Part shown: in pieces, positions 58,154 through 64,000 of the stretch
Layout: the number at the start of each line of letters is the position of its first letter
Position numbering within the stretch: position 1 is the first letter of the stretch
The notes under the pieces: model-generated
What the model was told of the DNA's origin: nothing
Seen by the model: only the letters and a program-made list of their open reading frames with translations
Databases searched by the model: none
Assembly (NCBI RefSeq): GCF_001194135.2
Contig: NC_069000.1
Coordinates: 7,804,040 to 7,868,039 of the forward strand
DNA from: Octopus bimaculoides
Lineage: Eukaryota
DNA: 64,000 nt
Direction: 5' to 3'
Made by a program: the position numbers and the translations under genes

Positions 58154-61100
58154 ATGCAGTGGTAATGATATTACTATTAATTAAAATGTAATTATTATAG
58201 CTATAAGCTTCAGTGTGTTAAATCTCCCAAAGACTACATCTGGCTTTTTTCTAGTAATTGCTGTTGCCACCACCATCATCATCATCATTACCACCACTAC
58301 TATTATTACAAGAAGTACTAGTAGTAGTTGTGGAAGCAGTAACTACTCTAAGAATATATCTGAGCAAGAATTGTAAAATGTTATTAAAATGATTATTTTC
58401 TTTGTTTTCATTAATTTTTTGTTCAAATTTTAATCCTTAACTTGCACCTAAATCCCAGTCTCAGCAACGGTTTGGATACTTATTGATCAGACCTCATATA
58501 AATAGATGTTGAGATTGATAGAGAAGTCGATATAGAGGTAACCACAGACAATGGTAACTTTAGAAAAGGGCTGCAGATGCCCCTACTCATATTCTGCTCC
58601 TGACAATAAATAAGGACTGAAGACTTGAAACACTGAAATAAATATTTTATTACTGAAGATATTTACAAATGTCTACCATTGATAATTTATGTTAAGCAGA
58701 GATACCAAACGGTAAATTTAGATATATTTCAACAATAACCTGAAGACAATCACAGCAGACAACAGGAGGCAGTTTCTGGAACTAATTCAACAGTTCTGCT
58801 ACAACAAAGAAACCATTTTAACAGCGTTTGTCATTATTTTGTGACTTATTCAGGAAGAGAGAGGAGGGCAGGAGAAATTATCCATATGTGTAATGTATGT
58901 TAAATATTTTCAGGAGTTTAAGAATATTTCCTCTAAGACTGTTGTATGTACATTTTTATTTTTGGGGAAAATGTGTATACAGTTTTGAATAAAAGCCATT
59001 TTTTTTACCATTTATTAAACAGCTGCCATGAGTTTAAAATAAGTTTGAGGAATTTTTAGTTCTCACAAGATGGGGAACATCATCCCTCCAGCACTTCAGA
59101 AACTTTCTTTCATGTATGTGTATGTGTTTTGGGGTATATGTGTATAAATATGTGCATGTGTGTATGTATATGTGTGTGTGTATATATGTATATAAACTCA
59201 GGGTGGAGGGACACCGGTTTTACTTTCAAAAGAATAGTTTTATGATAACATATTTAGCCAGAGAAGTAAATACCAAACATTTCTTCAAGTACAAGATAAC
59301 ACTTTTGTGTGTGTGTGAGTGTGTGTGCATTTTTCATAAAATATCCTTAACAAATGTTCTTAAAAATTATAATAAATATAGATTTATGGCATAAGTCTAT
59401 AGTGAAAGAATTTGTGTATGTGTGTATATATTTATATTTAATATAATCTAGGTGAAAAACCTTTTAGCATACTTTCCAAAGCTCCTCTAAGGGTATCAGC
59501 TACCATGTGCTATCATAAAGCAGGAATTCTTTTACTGGATATACATGTGGAAATCCATTAATATCCACAGAATTTATAGAAAAGAATTTCATTACAAGAA
59601 GACAGAATGGATAGGCTTTAATTCAAATCACTACAGTTGTTCCTGTGCATTAGTATCAGCTGGTAATTGCTGAGCATTTCATATGTCATATGCGTTATTG
59701 CATTAATATGATCAAACGATACTGTGTACGTGCACATCTTCAGTATGCTTGAACCTACTCACTTGAAGACGTGTAGGTACACAGCTATTGTTGGATCATA
59801 TGAATGCAATAGTCTGTACAATATGTGAAACACTCAGCAATTACCAGCTGATATCAATTCACAGAAACAATTGTAGTAATTTGGACTAAAGCCTGTTCAT
59901 TCCATCTTGTATTGAAATTCTTTTACACATATTTGTGTATGCAACTGTTGTGCATATATATATATACATGTATGTACATATTGTATACAATATATATATA
60001 TATATATATGTGTGTGTGTCTGTGTACATAAATATAAAATATTAATGCATCTATGTATATGTATTTATTAACTTTTACAAGGTAAATATTTGCATTAACT
60101 TGCTCACCTTTGTCAGTTTGAAGAAAGCAAGCTGCAACTTTGATGTCACTGTCAACCTTTGCCTTGTAAAATTGAAATAAAAAGTTACCCTACTAAAAAG
60201 AATAATGTTTCAATCTAATGTTAAATTGTTTTGATTTATAACTTGACATGAAAAGAAACATTAATAAATAAATTTATGTGTGTGTATACATGTGTATTAT
60301 ATATATGTATTTTATATATGTGTGTATATACATGTATTTTATATATATATATATATATATATGCATACATATGTATTTATATTGTGTGTTTGCGTGTGTA
60401 TGTTGTATATGTGTATGTATGTATGTATATGTCAACACACAAACAGAAGTTTTATCGTGTAAGTTTGGTTAAAAGTAGAAGTTTGTAAATTTCTCAAGAT
60501 TTATTCAGAAATGTCATTGGACGGGTGAAGCAGATATTAGAAGATTGTTCTAGAAATATTTCTCACAACTAATAATAATACTTAAAGGTAGACAGTTTAT
60601 GGATGTTTTGGTGCATGGCTTATACGTGTATGTGTTGGTGTGTGGTCTTTGTATGTTCTGTTGTGTTGTTGTCGAGTGGTCTATGCTGTGGCAGTGTTTT
60701 GGAGTTTATTATAATTTATTATGCTATTTATGATGCTATATGTCATAGAAAATTAAATAACAAATTAAAAGCAGCTCTAGGAATGTAAACTTTATCGGTT
60801 GCATGTACAGAGTGTATGTGTTTTGTTTATATGCCAAATTTGCTGCAGGATAACATCGAGGGAAAGCCCCACAAATGATACCAAGTGTTAAAGAATACCT
60901 GAATGTCACAGACCAGGTGAGACAAATTGCTTTGGAATCACTGAGAATGGTAGATATTGATATTTCACCATTATTGTGGCTTATCAGTACCATGTACCCA
61001 GATCATCTTGAAGTAAAACTAATTGCTGGTCTGTGACTTATATGCAAATGGAGTGAAGCCTATTTGCTGATGTGCTGTGGCATAGCACAAGTGAAAGAAA

Positions 61101-63301
61101 ATTAAATCATGAATTAAATAGAATGTTTTTCTATGTTGTGCTGTGTGTTAATATAATTCCAATTGATTCTATAAATTAGTGTATATGATTGTTGGCACAT
61201 GTTTATTATAACTGAGTTACAGCATGTATTGGTGGGTTTAAGATGGTATGTGTTGATGTGTATAACATGACATATATCGTAGGTACATCATGACATATGC
61301 TGGTGTGTATAACATGGTTTACTATTGTATATATTATGTCACCTGGTATATTATGATATGTATTGCTGTGCATATATCATGGCATGTGTTAGTGTGTATA
61401 TATCATGCCATGTCATAGGTGTATATATAATAATATGTTGGTGTCTACAGTCTATTAGGGTAAACTATTATTGTATGATACAATATATTATGGAGTATAT
61501 TACAAAATATTATAAGACTATGTTATGATATGTTACAGTATATGTTAGTGGGTGTATATATTTGAATGTGTATGTGTGTGTGTATATATAAATATATATC
61601 ATGGTATGTGTTGCACTGTATACAATATTATGTTCTGATATGCTGGTGTATAAAAATGATAAGTTTTATTCTGTTTATATTTTTATCATGAAATAATTTA
61701 ATAAGCTATCTTTTCTTCTATTACGCTAGGTGTTGTTGCCTGACACCTTGAGGTGTTGTTGTCTGATACCATCTCTTTATATATAACACAGTCTGTCTCT
61801 GACTCACTCCATTCAAAGATAACATCTAATGTCTGAGTGGAATCAAGACATTAAACATTGTGACTGTCACAAAGTGGAGCTATGCCATTCATGGAAAAAT
61901 GACTCATGCAGCCCCTGTGATTCCTGGTTGTAGTTATTTTACACTACATGTTTCACTAAGGACGCTAAGAAGAAAGCATCAACATCCGAACTTCCCATTT
62001 ATTTCTACTCTCAAAAGAACAGAGACCCTCAACCTGCTACTATCAATGGTTTGGAGAAAATGAAATTTGGTAAGCTGACTTGTGACCGACACATGCAGCA
62101 TAGATAAAACTAGTTGCCCCAGGGTAACACACATGCTATCATGTCCAGTAGCTGAGATTTCTTATAGTACGACTGTTAGGGAACCAACGATCCACCAAGA
62201 AGCTACACATGTATATACTCCCATTTAAGATTGTCTAACATTGTTCACCAAGAATTGTTATTGTTTTACACACACAAAGACACAGACGGACAAATAAACA
62301 CATGCACACACACATACAACCCCCCCCCCCACTTCACTTTGTGTAGCTCCCCAATTTTATGCTTGTGTGGTACTCTGTTGCTATGTTCTCATTTTGGTGT
62401 TTTGAATTAGATTAAAAATCATTTTAAATTTCAAGTTCTAAGATGAGATTGCAGCAGAAACCGTAATTAATAAAACACACTAATTACGAACTGATTCTCA
62501 TCTGATTGTCAAGGAAAGGAAGGTTATTTAAAATTTAACCTGGAAGTTATAACTTACTCCCCCACATACCTTTTCTTTTCCACAAGTAATATCTAGCCCT
62601 CTACTCTAGGTTCCCTACATTCATTATAATAATTTTTTTCTAACATTGGCAGAAGGTCAGAAACTGCAGGGGAGTGTGGTAGTCAATTAGGTTAATTTCT
62701 CTATGTATTTTATCAACATCGGAAAGATAAAAAGGTAGAGCTGAACTTGGTGGGATTTGAACTCAGAACATAAAGAACCAAAACAAATACCACAATGCTC
62801 CAACAATTCTGCCAATAACAATTTCTTTCATGGGAAGAAAACCAGGAATTTGTAGAAGATGAAGAGGTATCAAGTGAAGTTTATAGTTTTAGTGACTTAG
62901 TTATAGGGAGGTAGGATGAAAACTGTTAACCTGGCCCCTAAAACTGGTGGCAGGAACACAGAAAGTTATGCTTAGACTGCTGACATATCCTACGTACCAA
63001 CAGTCACACAGTGGACCCTACTAAAAACACCAAAGAGGAAGGTAGTTCTGATACACCAGGTGACGGATTAAGTCGACCACTTAAAATTGAATCGACACCA
63101 GTATATAACTGGTACTAAATAATGATTGTAGAGATAATAAAAATAATAATAGTAATAATAATGACAAGTAAACGTTTTAGTGCTTTGTTCAGTTTAGCAG
63201 AACAATGGCGGTGCTGTGCATTTTTGTTTCACTTGGAAAGAAATTTGGTTTCTTTAAAAACATCAGAATATATCAACACTGTAAGATATAAAAGTTGGCT
63301 T

Positions 63302-63338
<37 letters not shown>

Positions 63339-63355
63339 ATGTATATATATGTATG

Positions 63356-63406
<51 letters not shown>

Positions 63407-63531
63407 NNNNNNNNNNNNNNNNNNNNNNNNNNNNNNNNNNNNNNNNNNNNNNNNNNNNNNNNNNNNNNNNNNNNNNNNNNNNNNNNNNNNNNNNNNNNNN
63501 NNNNNNNNNNNNNNNNNTATATATATGTATG

Positions 63532-63586
<55 letters not shown>

Positions 63587-64000
63587 GCATATATGTATAT
63601 ATTTATATATGCATATATGTATATGCATATATGTATATATTTATATATGTTTCTGTATACAAATGTGTCTATATAAGAGTGTGTGTGTGTATGTACATGT
63701 AATGTACTGTTTGTTGTTAGGTCACCAAAATAAAGCACTCAATACATTTGAGAGCTGTTAATATTTTATATACAGTATCTTATTTGCGACATACTACTTA
63801 AGTTTCACCTCAGAAGGAAGGTATCTGGCTTAGCATAGATCAAGCCATATATATACCTTTTTATTTCAGAAACCTTCAGGTTTATCTACAAACCTGAAGA
63901 TTGCTGGAATAAGAAGGCAACAGTTTGATCTTAACTAAACAATATATCTTACTCTTAACATGAAACTTTAGTAGATTGTCGCAAATAAGATAAGATCGGA

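Overview
AT-rich, microsatellite- and SINE-dense eukaryotic DNA with four (TA)n-flanked assembly gaps. The repeat families suggest an octopus or other coleoid genome (inference). Nearly all ORFs in the supplied track are simple-repeat artefacts. The gene-dense core (38-53 kb) was assembled by hand from GT-AG exons with consistent phases. It holds ZNF511 (6 exons, minus), an intronless GTF2H5/TFB5 CDS ending only 487 bp upstream of it on the same strand, a tRNA-Thr(TGT) gene, and a compact 332-aa plus-strand RING-H2 E3 ligase resembling a TTC3/DZIP3 reduced to winged-helix-like + RING. The 1-37 kb region has only a few candidate exons of an unidentified minus-strand transcript, several RFX X-box-like motifs, and many RTE/CR1/R4/Penelope, Tc1-mariner, hAT and piggyBac-type relics. 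Best leads: the GTF2H5-ZNF511 tandem (possible bicistron or shared leader), the mini-TTC3 ligase, hammerhead-ribozyme-like cores in Penelope-type relics, and several long hairpins including one pre-miRNA-like.
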